The notes: generated from the letters alone by a model not told the origin. A stretch of DNA of 32,000 nt from Microcystis aeruginosa NIES-843 (GCF_000010625.1 NC_010296.1:4920001-4952000); one strand, 5' to 3'; positions 8,966 to 18,700 are shown, counted from the stretch's first letter. Made by a program: numbers and translations.

Positions 8966-9934
8966 ATGAATTTAACCGTTAAAGATTTGGGTGAACAGGG
9001 ATTGCTACCGATTCTGCAAAAATATTGTCCTGCGGAGATTATCGGTGATGATGGGGCGATTTTATGCCTCAAGGATGGTTATTCTCTCGTCGTCACCACT
9101 GATGTTTTAGTTAATAACGTCCACTTTAGCGATATTACCACCTCTCCGGAAGATGTGGGCTGGCGAGCGGCGGCGGCTAATTTATCCGATTTAGCGGCTA
9201 TGGGGGCAGAACCCCTGGGAATTACGGTAGGATTGGCTTTAACTCCCGATCTAGCCATCGATTGGCTAGAAGGACTCTATCGGGGTCTTAGCTCTTGTCT
9301 GCAAGTATATCAGACGGCGATCGTTGGTGGCGATGTCTGTCGGGCCACGGAGATTAACATCAGCATCACTGCCCTGGGACAAGTGGCAAAAAATGAAGAA
9401 ATTAGACGTTTTAACGCAAAAGTTGGCGATAGTATCGTTATTACTGGTTATCACGGTTTATCGCGGGCCGGATTAGAGTTACTCTTTCACCCTGAAACCG
9501 GGAGGAATTTAAATTCCGCCCAAAAAAAGCGATTAATCCAAGCTCATCAACGGCCGCGACCGAGACTCGATTGCATACCACATTTACAAAAAATTGTCAA
9601 GCAATTTCCCATCGCCGGCATGGATAGCAGTGACGGGTTAGCAGATGCCATCATGCAAATTTGTCGCTGTAGTGGGGTTGGTGCTGAAATCGAGAGGATT
9701 CCCCTGCATCCAACCCTGAAAGAATATGTAGGAGCCGAAAAAGCTCTAGAATGGGCTTTATACGGCGGTGAAGACTTTGAATTAGTTTTGTGTTTGCCCC
9801 CGGACAGTGCCAGAGAATTGCTGGAGAAAGTGGGGGAAGAGGGGGCGATAATCGGTCAAATCGTCCCGGGGAAAGAGATAAAATTAGCCGATGGTAGAAA
9901 CCTCAGTTTAAGCTCTGGATTTCAACATTTTTAG
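8966..9934 (+). CDS. thiL: Thiamine-monophosphate kinase
   Basis: PurM/AIR-synthase-like two-domain protein: GDDGAIL, TTDVLVNNVHF, then GMDSSDGLADA in the C-domain. 322 aa. Confidence 0.85.
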   Translation: MNLTVKDLGEQGLLPILQKYCPAEIIGDDGAILCLKDGYSLVVTTDVLVNNVHFSDITTSPEDVGWRAAAANLSDLAAMGAEPLGITVGLALTPDLAIDWLEGLYRGLSSCLQVYQTAIVGGDVCRATEINISITALGQVAKNEEIRRFNAKVGDSIVITGYHGLSRAGLELLFHPETGRNLNSAQKKRLIQAHQRPRPRLDCIPHLQKIVKQFPIAGMDSSDGLADAIMQICRCSGVGAEIERIPLHPTLKEYVGAEKALEWALYGGEDFELVLCLPPDSARELLEKVGEEGAIIGQIVPGKEIKLADGRNLSLSSGFQHF

Positions 9935-9937
9935 CCT

Positions 9938-11374
9938 CTATAAATCGCCAAAACCTTTCTTTTTCTTGATTTTCTTCGGTTTTTTCGGGCTGCCACCCTG
10001 ACCGCGGAACCCCGGTTGATTGCCACCCCCAAACATTCCGCCACCCATCCCGGGCATCCCCGGCATAGCGGGCATTTGTCCCCGTCCCATCTGTTGCATC
10101 ATCGATCGCATTCTGGTGAAATTAGTAATTAGTTTGGTAACTTCCGTTTCCGGATGTCCCGAACCTTTGGCAATGCGACGACGACGATTAGGAGACTTAG
10201 CCAATAAATCGGGGTTAGCGCGTTCCTCCGTGGTCATGGAATTAATCATCGCTTCCGTGCGTTTTAACTCTTTTTCGCCCTTTTCGATGTCTGTCCCGCT
10301 CAGTTTGCCTAGACCGGGGATTAACTTGAGGACTCCCCCCAGGGAACCCATATTTTTTAACAGCCGCATCTGTTTGAGGAAGTCATTAAAATCAAACTTA
10401 GCCTCTAAAATCTTGGCCTGCATTTTAGCCGCGTCTTCTAGGTCTAACTGTTCCTGAGCTTTTTCCACTAGCGTCAGGACATCACCCATATTGAGGATGC
10501 GACTGGCAAGGCGATCGGGATAAAATGGCTCTAAAGCTTCTACTTTTTCGCCAACCCCAACAAATTTAATCGGTTGTCCCGATATTTGCCGCACTGATAA
10601 GGCCGCACCACCGCGAGTATCGCCATCAAGTTTGGTGAGAATTGCCCCCGTGATGCCGATTTGTTGGTGAAAAGTGTTGGTAAGACTGGCCGCTTCCTGA
10701 CCAGTCATCGCATCCACCACTAATAAAGTGTCGTCGGGCTTGACAATTTTCTTGATTTGTGCTAGTTCGCCCATCATCTGGGTATCTATCTGCAAACGAC
10801 CAGCGGTGTCGATGATAACGGTATCTACGCCCAATTCTTTGGCTTTTTCCACACCTTGACGGGCGATATCGACAGGATTAGCCTGAGAACCCATCTCGAA
10901 GACGGGAACATTTATCTGTTTACCGAGGGTGATTAATTGGTCAATGGCCGCCGGACGGTAAACATCGGTGGCCACCATCAGACAGCTTTTGGACTGTTTG
11001 CGGAGATATAGGGCTAATTTGGCGGTGGCGGTGGTTTTTCCTGTCCCTTGCAACCCGGCCATTAAAATTACGGTGGGGGGTTTATCGGCCTGGGCTAGGG
11101 GAACGTTGCTTTCCCCCATAATTTTAACTAATTCATCATAGACAATTTTGATAAATTGCTGACCGGGATTGACTCCGGAAATCACTTCAGCGCCGAGGGC
11201 TTGTTTCTCGACCTCAGCAATAAATCCCTTGACTACCTGTAGGTTAACATCTGCTTCCAGTAAAGCCCGCCGGACTTCTTTTAGGGTATCTTGTATGTTG
11301 GCCGAGGAGATTTTATCTTGACCTCGTAACTTTTTCCATGCGTCTTCTAAGCGATCGGCCAGTGCGTCGAACAT
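9938..11374 (-). CDS. ffh: Signal recognition particle protein Ffh
   Basis: N domain; G domain with GLQGTGKTT, DTAGR and TKLDGD; Met-rich M domain; Gly/Met-rich and Lys-rich tail. Confidence 0.95.
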   Translation of the reverse strand: MFDALADRLEDAWKKLRGQDKISSANIQDTLKEVRRALLEADVNLQVVKGFIAEVEKQALGAEVISGVNPGQQFIKIVYDELVKIMGESNVPLAQADKPPTVILMAGLQGTGKTTATAKLALYLRKQSKSCLMVATDVYRPAAIDQLITLGKQINVPVFEMGSQANPVDIARQGVEKAKELGVDTVIIDTAGRLQIDTQMMGELAQIKKIVKPDDTLLVVDAMTGQEAASLTNTFHQQIGITGAILTKLDGDTRGGAALSVRQISGQPIKFVGVGEKVEALEPFYPDRLASRILNMGDVLTLVEKAQEQLDLEDAAKMQAKILEAKFDFNDFLKQMRLLKNMGSLGGVLKLIPGLGKLSGTDIEKGEKELKRTEAMINSMTTEERANPDLLAKSPNRRRRIAKGSGHPETEVTKLITNFTRMRSMMQQMGRGQMPAMPGMPGMGGGMFGGGNQPGFRGQGGSPKKPKKIKKKKGFGDL

Positions 11375-11544
11375 AGTTTCGGAATTAAATTTTTAACTAG
11401 ATCGATTTTATCTCAAATGTCGGGGGAAGACCCCCGTTCTTACCCTGTCATTAGTCTCGGACTTGCATGGTGCGGCCAATCTCCCGGTGTGGGAGAGTGA
11501 GCAGCGGGGAGAGACAATCGATAATTGGGTTTTTAAAGTGCGAT

Positions 11545-11961
11545 TTACTTACCAGCCACTTCTAAATCCTTCAATTCTAACTTTTGATTGCTCAAAAATA
11601 GTCGTAATTTTAATAAACTGAGAGTTTGACCGAGATTGAGGGGAAGGAGGGAAATGCCTTCTAACCGCGATTGTAACCAACCATCGCCCCAATACCATTC
11701 GTGATAGCCATCGATACCTTGACTCAAAAGCAAGCGTAAACACTGGTCATTGGCCAATAAAACCTGATGTTGTACGGGAATTAAACCTAACCAAGAGGTA
11801 AAAGTCAAGCCTTCCTCTAATTTATCGGGTAGATTGGGCGAGAGCATTTGCGGCCACAGCCATTGACGGAGATGAGCAGTTTTGAGCAAACTATCCCGGA
11901 TAGCCTGTTCACTGGCCGAGATTTCGATACGCAGCTGACTTTGTTGAAAATTGCCGAACAT
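11545..11961 (-). CDS. Hypothetical protein (138 aa)
   Basis: Clean ORF starting at an ATG with no recognisable motif. It may have an SRPBCC-like fold, but I cannot support that from the sequence alone. Confidence 0.5.
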   Translation of the reverse strand: MFGNFQQSQLRIEISASEQAIRDSLLKTAHLRQWLWPQMLSPNLPDKLEEGLTFTSWLGLIPVQHQVLLANDQCLRLLLSQGIDGYHEWYWGDGWLQSRLEGISLLPLNLGQTLSLLKLRLFLSNQKLELKDLEVAGK

Positions 11962-12045
11962 ATTGTTGTCTGATAATTTTTGTTAAGTTAGTTAAAGAAT
12001 AACTAAAAATCGGGACAGCGTTTTCCAAGGATAACAGTAAGTAGT

Positions 12046-12960
12046 ATGGCAGATAAATTAATCCGCGCCACGGCCGCCGATGGCGGAATTAGAGTAGTAG
12101 GAGTGATTACCACTCGTTTAACCGAAGAAGCCCGCCAAAGACATAAATTATCTAACGTAGCCACCGCCGCTCTCGGTCGCACGATGGCATCGGCTTTACT
12201 CTTGGCTTCCAGTTTAAAAAAACCCGGTTCTAGGGTCAATATTCGCATTAAAGGCGATGGTCCCCTAGGCGGTGTTTTAGTTGATGCGGGACTCGATGGC
12301 ACGGTGCGGGGTTATGTGGACTATCCCCAGGTGGAATTACTCCCCAATGCTCAGGGTAAATTAGATGTGGGTCGCGCCGTGGGTGACAAGGGTTATGTGC
12401 GAGTCTTACGGGAAGAAAAAGGCGAGGGGAGAAATGAACTTCAAGAAAGCATCGTCGAGATAGTTTCTGGGGAAGTGGGGGAAGATATCGCCTACTACCT
12501 GGACCAATCGGAACAAATTCCCTCCGCTTTGCAAGTGGGGGTTTTTGTCGGTACGACCACAGGAGTGACGGCAGCCGGGGGAATTTTATTACAAGTTCTC
12601 TCTAAAGAAGCGTCCCGGGATGAGGTCTTGGTGGCTCGTTTAGAGTCGAGATTGCGAAAATTAACGGGATTTACGCCCCTTTTACGGGCAGGAAAAGGAC
12701 TAGAAGATATTTTTCAGGAACTTCTCGGAGATATGGGTCTAGAAATTTTTCCGGCTGTGCAGATGCTGCGTTTTGATTGTGATTGTTCTTTTGAACGGGC
12801 CCTAGGAGCTTTAAAATTCCTCGGTGTCGATGAATTAAAAGACATCATCGAAAAGGATAAACAAGCGGAAGCCATCTGTGAGTTTTGTCGGGAAGTGTAT
12901 AATGCCAACGAGAGACAATTAATCGAATTAGTCGAGTCCCTACAAGCTGAATCTTGCTGA
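12046..12960 (+). CDS. hslO: Redox-regulated chaperone Hsp33
   Basis: Hsp33 family N-terminus (MADKLIRATAADGGIRVVGVITT) and the C-terminal four-Cys zinc switch CDCS...CEFC. Confidence 0.9.
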   Translation: MADKLIRATAADGGIRVVGVITTRLTEEARQRHKLSNVATAALGRTMASALLLASSLKKPGSRVNIRIKGDGPLGGVLVDAGLDGTVRGYVDYPQVELLPNAQGKLDVGRAVGDKGYVRVLREEKGEGRNELQESIVEIVSGEVGEDIAYYLDQSEQIPSALQVGVFVGTTTGVTAAGGILLQVLSKEASRDEVLVARLESRLRKLTGFTPLLRAGKGLEDIFQELLGDMGLEIFPAVQMLRFDCDCSFERALGALKFLGVDELKDIIEKDKQAEAICEFCREVYNANERQLIELVESLQAESC

Positions 12961-13023
12961 GAAGTTGGGCAATGAGCGCCATTAGGGTAAAATCTATCTA
13001 AAATATCTGCCGGGGAGTAGTGA

Positions 13024-14979
13024 ATGTCTAAAGGAAAAGAATTAACCGAAAATCTAGTCAAACGAGAATCGATTGACTCCCTGACTCGTTGGCCAGAAAA
13101 AACTAAGTCTTTTCTTTTTCTCTTTTGGTACCGATACCAGCATCGTTTCACTTGGAAAGTTTGGGCGGCTTTATTTGTGGTGGTCTTTGGCGGTGTTGGC
13201 TTTCTCGCCACTTGGCAGTTATTAAATATGCAGAAGTCGCCCAATTGCCCCAAAATCTTCTGGCCCATCGCTTCTGCCTCCCTGCGTCTCTACTGCGCTC
13301 AACTTTCCGCCGATAGTCGCACCGTGCCAGGTTTACTCGAAGCAATTGCCCTAGTGGAAGCTTTACCCGAAGACCATCCCTTGCGATCGCAAGTTAATCA
13401 ACAGGTGGAAGAATGGGCGCGAGATATCCTGAATTTGGCGGAAAAAGACTATCAAGCGGGAAATTTAGAGGAAGCGGTCGCTAAAGCTCGTCAAATCCCC
13501 AATAATATGGCAGTAGCTGCAATTATTGAAGAAAGAATCGCTAAGTGGCAGGGAACTTGGACGGAAGGCAACGATATCCTAAGCAAACTAGAGGAAAATC
13601 TCCGCGCTTCCAACTGGAATCAATCTTTCCGTCTGGCAGTAGAATTATTGAACTTAAATAACGAATATTGGGCAACGGTTAAATATAATGAAGCGATCGC
13701 TAAAATTACCGTTGCCCGGGAAGATAGCAGTAAATTAGATAATGCCTTTAATCTCTTTAACCGGGGCGGTCTCGACAATTGGTTGAAAGTCATCGAAGAA
13801 GCTAGAAAAATTCCAGCCAGCAGTTATGCCTATCAGGAGGCACAAAAATTAATCGGGAAAACCGAGGATAAACTAAAAGAATACGCCGAAAGATTAATTG
13901 AGCGGCAGCAATGGCAAGCTCTCCGGGATTTGGCTAACGAAAGCCCTGAAGACCTCAAAATTAAAGAAGATATCACCGATTGGTCTGTCTTGTCCACAGC
14001 GGCCTTAGATGCGGAAGCCGGCACGGTGGAGGGATTGGAAGCTGGCATACTGGGACTAGAACAAATCGACGCTTCTCGACCTCTCCATCAAACGGCCCTA
14101 GCTATGAGGGAGCGCTGGCAGTTACAGGTACAGGATCTAAGAATACTGTCCGAGGCTAGAGATTTAGCACAAGCAGGTACGATCGAGCAGTATAGCACCG
14201 CTATCGCGAAAGCGGGCGAGGTTCCCCGTAATAACCCCCTCTGGTCGCAAGCACAGCAGGAAATTGCCTCTTGGAATCGTCAAATACAAGTGATTGAAGA
14301 CCGGCCGATTTTAGAACGGGCGCAGGAAATCGCTCTCCCCGGCGATATTAATTCCCTCAGTAACGCTATTATTCAGGCGCGGGCAATCGCTAAGAATCGG
14401 GCCTTATACCGAGATGCCCAAAGGGAAATTCGCGACTGGCAAGTGCGGATTGAACGCATGGAGGATCAACCCATTTTAGATCAGGCTCAAGCTTTGGCCA
14501 ATCTCAAAGACTATAGCACAGCGATCGAAACTGCCAATCAAATTCCCCCCGGTCGCACTCTTTCCTCGGAAGCTTCCCAAAATATCCGTCGTTGGCGCCG
14601 AGAGTTGCGGGCCCGTCAAAATCTCCAACAGGCTAATCAATTAGCGGCGACGGGAACCGCAGAAGGTTTAACCCAGGCGATTGCTTTAGTTACCAATATT
14701 TCCACTAAAACCGATGCGGGTGTGCAACGGACTGAATTGCTGGAACGTTGGAGTTATCAGCTTTTGTCTTTAGCCACGGACCAAGCTAATAATGGTCGTT
14801 ATCTGGAAGCTATTCGCCTTGCTGAATCCGTATCCCCGGAAAGTACCGCTTACAGTTCGGCTCGCTCCCAAATGCAAGGCTGGCGCAATATTCTCCAACC
14901 TCCGGCCCCACCGCCAATAGTTGAATCGACTCCCCTTTCCCCAGAGTCCCCGATAGAAGCACCGAGTCCGGGTCAATAA
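13024..14979 (+). CDS. Membrane-anchored repeat protein, function unknown
   Basis: One TM helix (VWAALFVVVFGGVGFLATWQLL). It is followed by at least 7 copies of a helical module with the pattern A-I-x-x-A-x-x-I-P-(6-8)-A-(3)-I-x-x-W, and a Pro-rich tail. Confidence 0.7.
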   Translation: MSKGKELTENLVKRESIDSLTRWPEKTKSFLFLFWYRYQHRFTWKVWAALFVVVFGGVGFLATWQLLNMQKSPNCPKIFWPIASASLRLYCAQLSADSRTVPGLLEAIALVEALPEDHPLRSQVNQQVEEWARDILNLAEKDYQAGNLEEAVAKARQIPNNMAVAAIIEERIAKWQGTWTEGNDILSKLEENLRASNWNQSFRLAVELLNLNNEYWATVKYNEAIAKITVAREDSSKLDNAFNLFNRGGLDNWLKVIEEARKIPASSYAYQEAQKLIGKTEDKLKEYAERLIERQQWQALRDLANESPEDLKIKEDITDWSVLSTAALDAEAGTVEGLEAGILGLEQIDASRPLHQTALAMRERWQLQVQDLRILSEARDLAQAGTIEQYSTAIAKAGEVPRNNPLWSQAQQEIASWNRQIQVIEDRPILERAQEIALPGDINSLSNAIIQARAIAKNRALYRDAQREIRDWQVRIERMEDQPILDQAQALANLKDYSTAIETANQIPPGRTLSSEASQNIRRWRRELRARQNLQQANQLAATGTAEGLTQAIALVTNISTKTDAGVQRTELLERWSYQLLSLATDQANNGRYLEAIRLAESVSPESTAYSSARSQMQGWRNILQPPAPPPIVESTPLSPESPIEAPSPGQ

Positions 14980-15378
14980 TCAGTTTTAGGGGCTGTTTTT
15001 GCCGTGGATTGCCCCTAAAAAAGTCCCTCATCCCCGGGGGTCTGTTAAGTTAAATCTGTATCCCACTAAATCCGGTTATTACAGACTGATTATCTATTCC
15101 TACTCTTGCCCCTTGCCTATCCTGATGATATTTAGCCTATACTCAACGGATTTAGTATAAAAACCGATTTAGTATAAATTGCCAAAAAATAACCACAGCC
15201 AATTTTAAAAAGATAATAGGTGTTATGAATTAAGTTAATCAATCAAGCAAAAAACAGATCTCCGTAATTTCTATAAACCTCCTGCATAATTAATTTTTCA
15301 TGGTTCAAAAACGGCAAAAATAAGGATTAAATAGCCTAAAATCTGCCAATAGACCATTTAATTGATTATTATTCATTC

Positions 15379-15565
15379 GGCTCTTCGGTAATTGTTATGC
15401 AATGGACGGGGGTTATAAGGGATGGAACCCTTATATAGAAAGGCATTTAGCGATTTTTGTCAATTATTTTTGATCTAGAGCGAACTAATCAATTAAGTCT
15501 CTTACCAGATAAGGATTTAGTCGATTTATGACCCCCTATCGAACCATACCAAGTAACGAAGAACC
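15379..15565. mobile_element. MITE family D, copy D1 (187 bp, 8-bp TSD)
   Basis: Roughly 30-bp imperfect TIRs GGCTCTTCGGTAATTGTTATG / CATACCAAGTAACGAAGAACC. Perfect 8-bp direct repeat ATTCATTC at 15371-15378 and 15566-15573. About 93-95 percent identical to the inverted copy at 30758-30944. Confidence 0.9.
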
Positions 15566-15582
15566 ATTCATTCTTAATTCTT

Positions 15583-15609
15583 CTGACTACTGACTACTGG
15601 CTACTGACT
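15583..15609 (+). repeat. CTGACTA heptamer array
   Basis: CTGACTA CTGACTA CTGGCTA CTGACTC, 41 nt upstream of the ATG at 15651. Confidence 0.8.
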
Positions 15610-15650
15610 CCTAACCCTAAAAACGATTTTTGATTTCTGCAAGAGGTCTT

Positions 15651-16862
15651 ATGAAAGCAAGTGAGGTACTGGATTTATATGCCAAAGGGAAACGCAATTT
15701 TAAAGGAGTAAAATTAAAAGGACAGTGTTTTCAAGGAAAGAATTTATCGGGGGCTAATTTTAGTCAAGCAGATCTGCGTGGTACTAATTTTCAAGGAGCT
15801 ATTTTAGAGGGAACTAAATTTACTGAGGCTAGGGCAGGATTACTAAAGCGCGGTCGGCTACAATTAATTTTAATTTCTTGGTTAATAGCGGCTATCTGCG
15901 GCTGTCTGTGGGGATTAGCCGGTTATTATCTAGCTTTAATGCTGGTGACAGATGTAACCGAATTTAAAATCATTGGTGCGGTAATAATCACGATTTTATC
16001 TCTAATTTACGGAATATTTTATCGTCAACGAGTTGGGGGATTGCCCTTAGTTTTATCCTTGATTTCTGGCCAAAAAATAAGTTTTATCCTAGCAATTTTT
16101 ATCAGCTTAATTTTAACTTTATTGATAGTAATTATACTAGCTTTTCAAGGAGCATTAGCAGGGATAGCCGTGATGAATGTAACTTTTTCTATAGCTTTGA
16201 TTGTTGGGGTTTGTGTTACTTTATTCACCGCTTATCTAGCCTGGTTATCCCTGGAAGAATCGAGAGAAACGATCACTAAATTCATGGCAATTGCTTTTTT
16301 AGCCAGTAAAGGTACAAATTTTTGCGGGGCAAATCTGCAAGAAGCTGATTTCACGGGAGCGCAGTTAAAAGCCACTGATTTAAGGGCAAAAGATTTAACT
16401 AGAACTCGATTTTATCTGGTATCGGGCATCGAGCGAGCGCGCTGGGAAAAGACAATTCTGGACGAAGTTGCGATGAGAAATCTTCTGGTTACTGGTCAAG
16501 GGGAAAATAAAGCTTATATTGGCTATAATTTTCGCGGACTGAATCTTTACGGGTTTAACTTCAAAAATGCCAACCTGACTAGGGCAAATTTCAGCGAGGC
16601 AAATTTAGCCTACGCTAATCTAGAAGGGGCAAATTTAGCCCATAGTAACGTGATGAGAGCCAATTTACAGGGAGCCACCTTGACGGGTGCTTGTATCGAA
16701 GCTTGGAAAATCGCCGAAAATACCAATTTAGAAGGGGTTGATTGTGATTATATCTATTTAGTCGAGTGCGATCGAGAGCGCCGTCCCAGGGAGGGAGAAT
16801 TTGGGGAGGGAGAATTCCGGCAATTGGCCCTGGAGCAGCGAAAATTGTATATTGACGAATAA
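15651..16862 (+). CDS. Pentapeptide-repeat membrane protein
   Basis: Track ORF starts at TTG 15630; I prefer ATG 15651 (AAGAGG 5 nt upstream). N-terminal A(D/N)LxG-type pentapeptide repeats, about 5 central TM helices, and two further C-terminal pentapeptide blocks (NLTRANFSEANLAYANLEGANLAHSNVMRANLQGATLTGA). Confidence 0.8.
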   Translation: MKASEVLDLYAKGKRNFKGVKLKGQCFQGKNLSGANFSQADLRGTNFQGAILEGTKFTEARAGLLKRGRLQLILISWLIAAICGCLWGLAGYYLALMLVTDVTEFKIIGAVIITILSLIYGIFYRQRVGGLPLVLSLISGQKISFILAIFISLILTLLIVIILAFQGALAGIAVMNVTFSIALIVGVCVTLFTAYLAWLSLEESRETITKFMAIAFLASKGTNFCGANLQEADFTGAQLKATDLRAKDLTRTRFYLVSGIERARWEKTILDEVAMRNLLVTGQGENKAYIGYNFRGLNLYGFNFKNANLTRANFSEANLAYANLEGANLAHSNVMRANLQGATLTGACIEAWKIAENTNLEGVDCDYIYLVECDRERRPREGEFGEGEFRQLALEQRKLYIDE

Positions 16863-17017
16863 GATAACTGCTATACAAAGCTAAAATTGCGGCGCCGAGG
16901 CGGGCAATTAGAGGGATAATAAGACCAACCCCGATCAATCGGGTGTCAGAGGCGGCGGAGTTACATCCCGATGCCAAATAAGGTTATTTGCCCTTTTCCC
17001 TAACCCCTATCCCCCGA

Positions 17018-17038
17018 CTGGTAACTGATCACTGATAA
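17018..17038 (+). repeat. CTGATAA-type heptamer array
   Basis: CTGGTAA CTGATCA CTGATAA, ending 3 nt before the ppx ATG. Confidence 0.8.
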
Positions 17039-17041
17039 GCG

Positions 17042-18700
17042 ATGGTGAATATTTCTAATCAAGTTATACCCAATCGGGGACTAGCGCCCCAGGCAAAAGC
17101 CTCCGATGTCCAAATCCTAGCGGCGATCGATATTGGTACGAATTCGGTTCACATGGTAGTAGTGGCAATTGAACCGTCTTTACCTGCTTTTACGATTATT
17201 GCCAGAGAAAAGGATACAGTCCGTCTGGGCGATCGAGATAGGAAAACAGGTAAATTAACCCTAGTGGCCATGGAAAGAGCGATCGCCGCTTTAAAACGCT
17301 GTCACGATCTGGCTATTAGTCTCCAGGCGGATCAGATTATTGCCGTTGCCACTAGCGCCACCCGGGAAGCGACCAACGGCGACGAATTTTTGGCTTTAAT
17401 CGAGAAAGAAGTCGGTATTTCTGTAAATCTCATCTCCGGACAGGAGGAAGCGCGCCGGATTTATCTCGGTGTCGTCTCGGGAATGGATTTCCAAAATCAA
17501 GCCCATATTATTATCGATATCGGTGGTGGTTCCACAGAATTAATCTTAGCTGATAGTCAAGAAATTCGCTTTCTTAGTAGTACCAAAATCGGCGCGGTGC
17601 GTTTGAGCCAAGATTTAATCACTACCGATCCCATTAGTCCCACAGAATTAGCCTATTTAAGAGCATACACCCGCGGAATGTTAGAGCGGGCAGGGTCGGA
17701 AATTAAACATCATTTACAGCTGGGAGAAGTGCCGCGTTTAGTGGGAACTTCTGGGACGATCGAAACTTTGATGACTATCCATGCTTTGGAGAAATTGGGG
17801 GAAATTCCCAATCCTTTAAATGGCTATCAATTAACCCGCAAAGATGTCAAAGAATTAGTCAAACGTTTCGCCACTTTGGACTATCACCAAAGACTGGCAA
17901 TTCTGGGGATGTCCGATAAACGGGCCGAGATAATTCTAGCCGGTTCGATCGTGCTTTTGGAAGCGATGACCATGTTAGATGTTGATAAGTTAGTTCTCTG
18001 TGAAAGGGCCTTGCGAGAAGGGGTAATCGTCGATTGGATGCTGACGCACGGGTTAATTGATAATCGGTTACTTTATCAGAGTGAAATCCGTCAGCGCAGT
18101 GTCTTGAAAATAGCGAAAAAGTATCAAGTTAATTTAGAATCTGCTGAGAGAATAGCGGCATTTTCCCTGTCTTTGTTCGAGCAAACTCAAGCACAATTAC
18201 ATTCTTGGAATCAGGAAGCTAAAGATTTATTATGGGCGGCGGCTATACTGCATAATAGTGGTTTATATGTTAGTCATGCTGCCCATCATAAACATTCCTA
18301 TTATTTAATTCGTAATGGTGAACTGTTGGGCTATACGGAAATAGAGTTAGAAGTGATCGCTAATATCGCTCGTTATCATCGCAAAAGTAAGCCGAAGAAA
18401 AGGCACGATGATTTTATGAAATTAACTGAATACTATCAGTATATGGTCAGACATTTAAGTGCTATACTGCGCTTGGCTGTAGCTTTAGATCGGCGACAAA
18501 TAGGAGCGATTAAAAAGATTGAATGTAAGTATGATCCTGAATATAGAACCCTACATCTGCATCTTTTTCCCAATAATGCTGAAGATGATTGTGCTTTAGA
18601 ATTGTGGAGTTTAGACTATAAAAAACCTGTTTTTGAGGAAGAATTTGGGGTGAAAGTAGTGGCAACTTTGGCATTTTTACCCTTAAATCATGACCGGTGA
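17042..18700 (+). CDS. ppx: Exopolyphosphatase / Ppx-GppA family phosphatase
   Basis: ASKHA-fold motifs DIGTNSVHMVV and DIGGGSTE, plus a C-terminal HD-like region (HNSGLYVSHAAHHKHSYYLI). Confidence 0.85.
   Translation: MVNISNQVIPNRGLAPQAKASDVQILAAIDIGTNSVHMVVVAIEPSLPAFTIIAREKDTVRLGDRDRKTGKLTLVAMERAIAALKRCHDLAISLQADQIIAVATSATREATNGDEFLALIEKEVGISVNLISGQEEARRIYLGVVSGMDFQNQAHIIIDIGGGSTELILADSQEIRFLSSTKIGAVRLSQDLITTDPISPTELAYLRAYTRGMLERAGSEIKHHLQLGEVPRLVGTSGTIETLMTIHALEKLGEIPNPLNGYQLTRKDVKELVKRFATLDYHQRLAILGMSDKRAEIILAGSIVLLEAMTMLDVDKLVLCERALREGVIVDWMLTHGLIDNRLLYQSEIRQRSVLKIAKKYQVNLESAERIAAFSLSLFEQTQAQLHSWNQEAKDLLWAAAILHNSGLYVSHAAHHKHSYYLIRNGELLGYTEIELEVIANIARYHRKSKPKKRHDDFMKLTEYYQYMVRHLSAILRLAVALDRRQIGAIKKIECKYDPEYRTLHLHLFPNNAEDDCALELWSLDYKKPVFEEEFGVKVVATLAFLPLNHDR

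Noticed and set aside
10020-10457. Long antisense or shadow ORFs inside ffh. The same applies to 3980-4252, 4740-5075, 5337-5657, 7587-7841, 12003-12302, 12714-13268, 13833-14048, 14770-15031, 16615-16977, 18943-19578, 20005-20238, 21248-21532, 24913-25165, 28018-28530 and 31253-31450.
   Set aside because: Each overlaps a CDS that has clear family motifs on the other strand or frame, and each translation is low-complexity. These are typical shadow ORFs.
11375-11544. SRP RNA (ffs) next to ffh
   Set aside because: I could not find the conserved domain IV motif (GGAA/AGCA-type symmetric loop context) on either strand. The region is kept only as an unclassified structured spacer.
14987-15017. 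Hairpin TAGGGGC...GCCCCTA after the 651-aa gene as an intrinsic terminator
   Set aside because: On the plus strand the stem is followed by an A-run rather than a T-run, and the loop is 17 nt. It does not meet the usual rho-independent terminator pattern.
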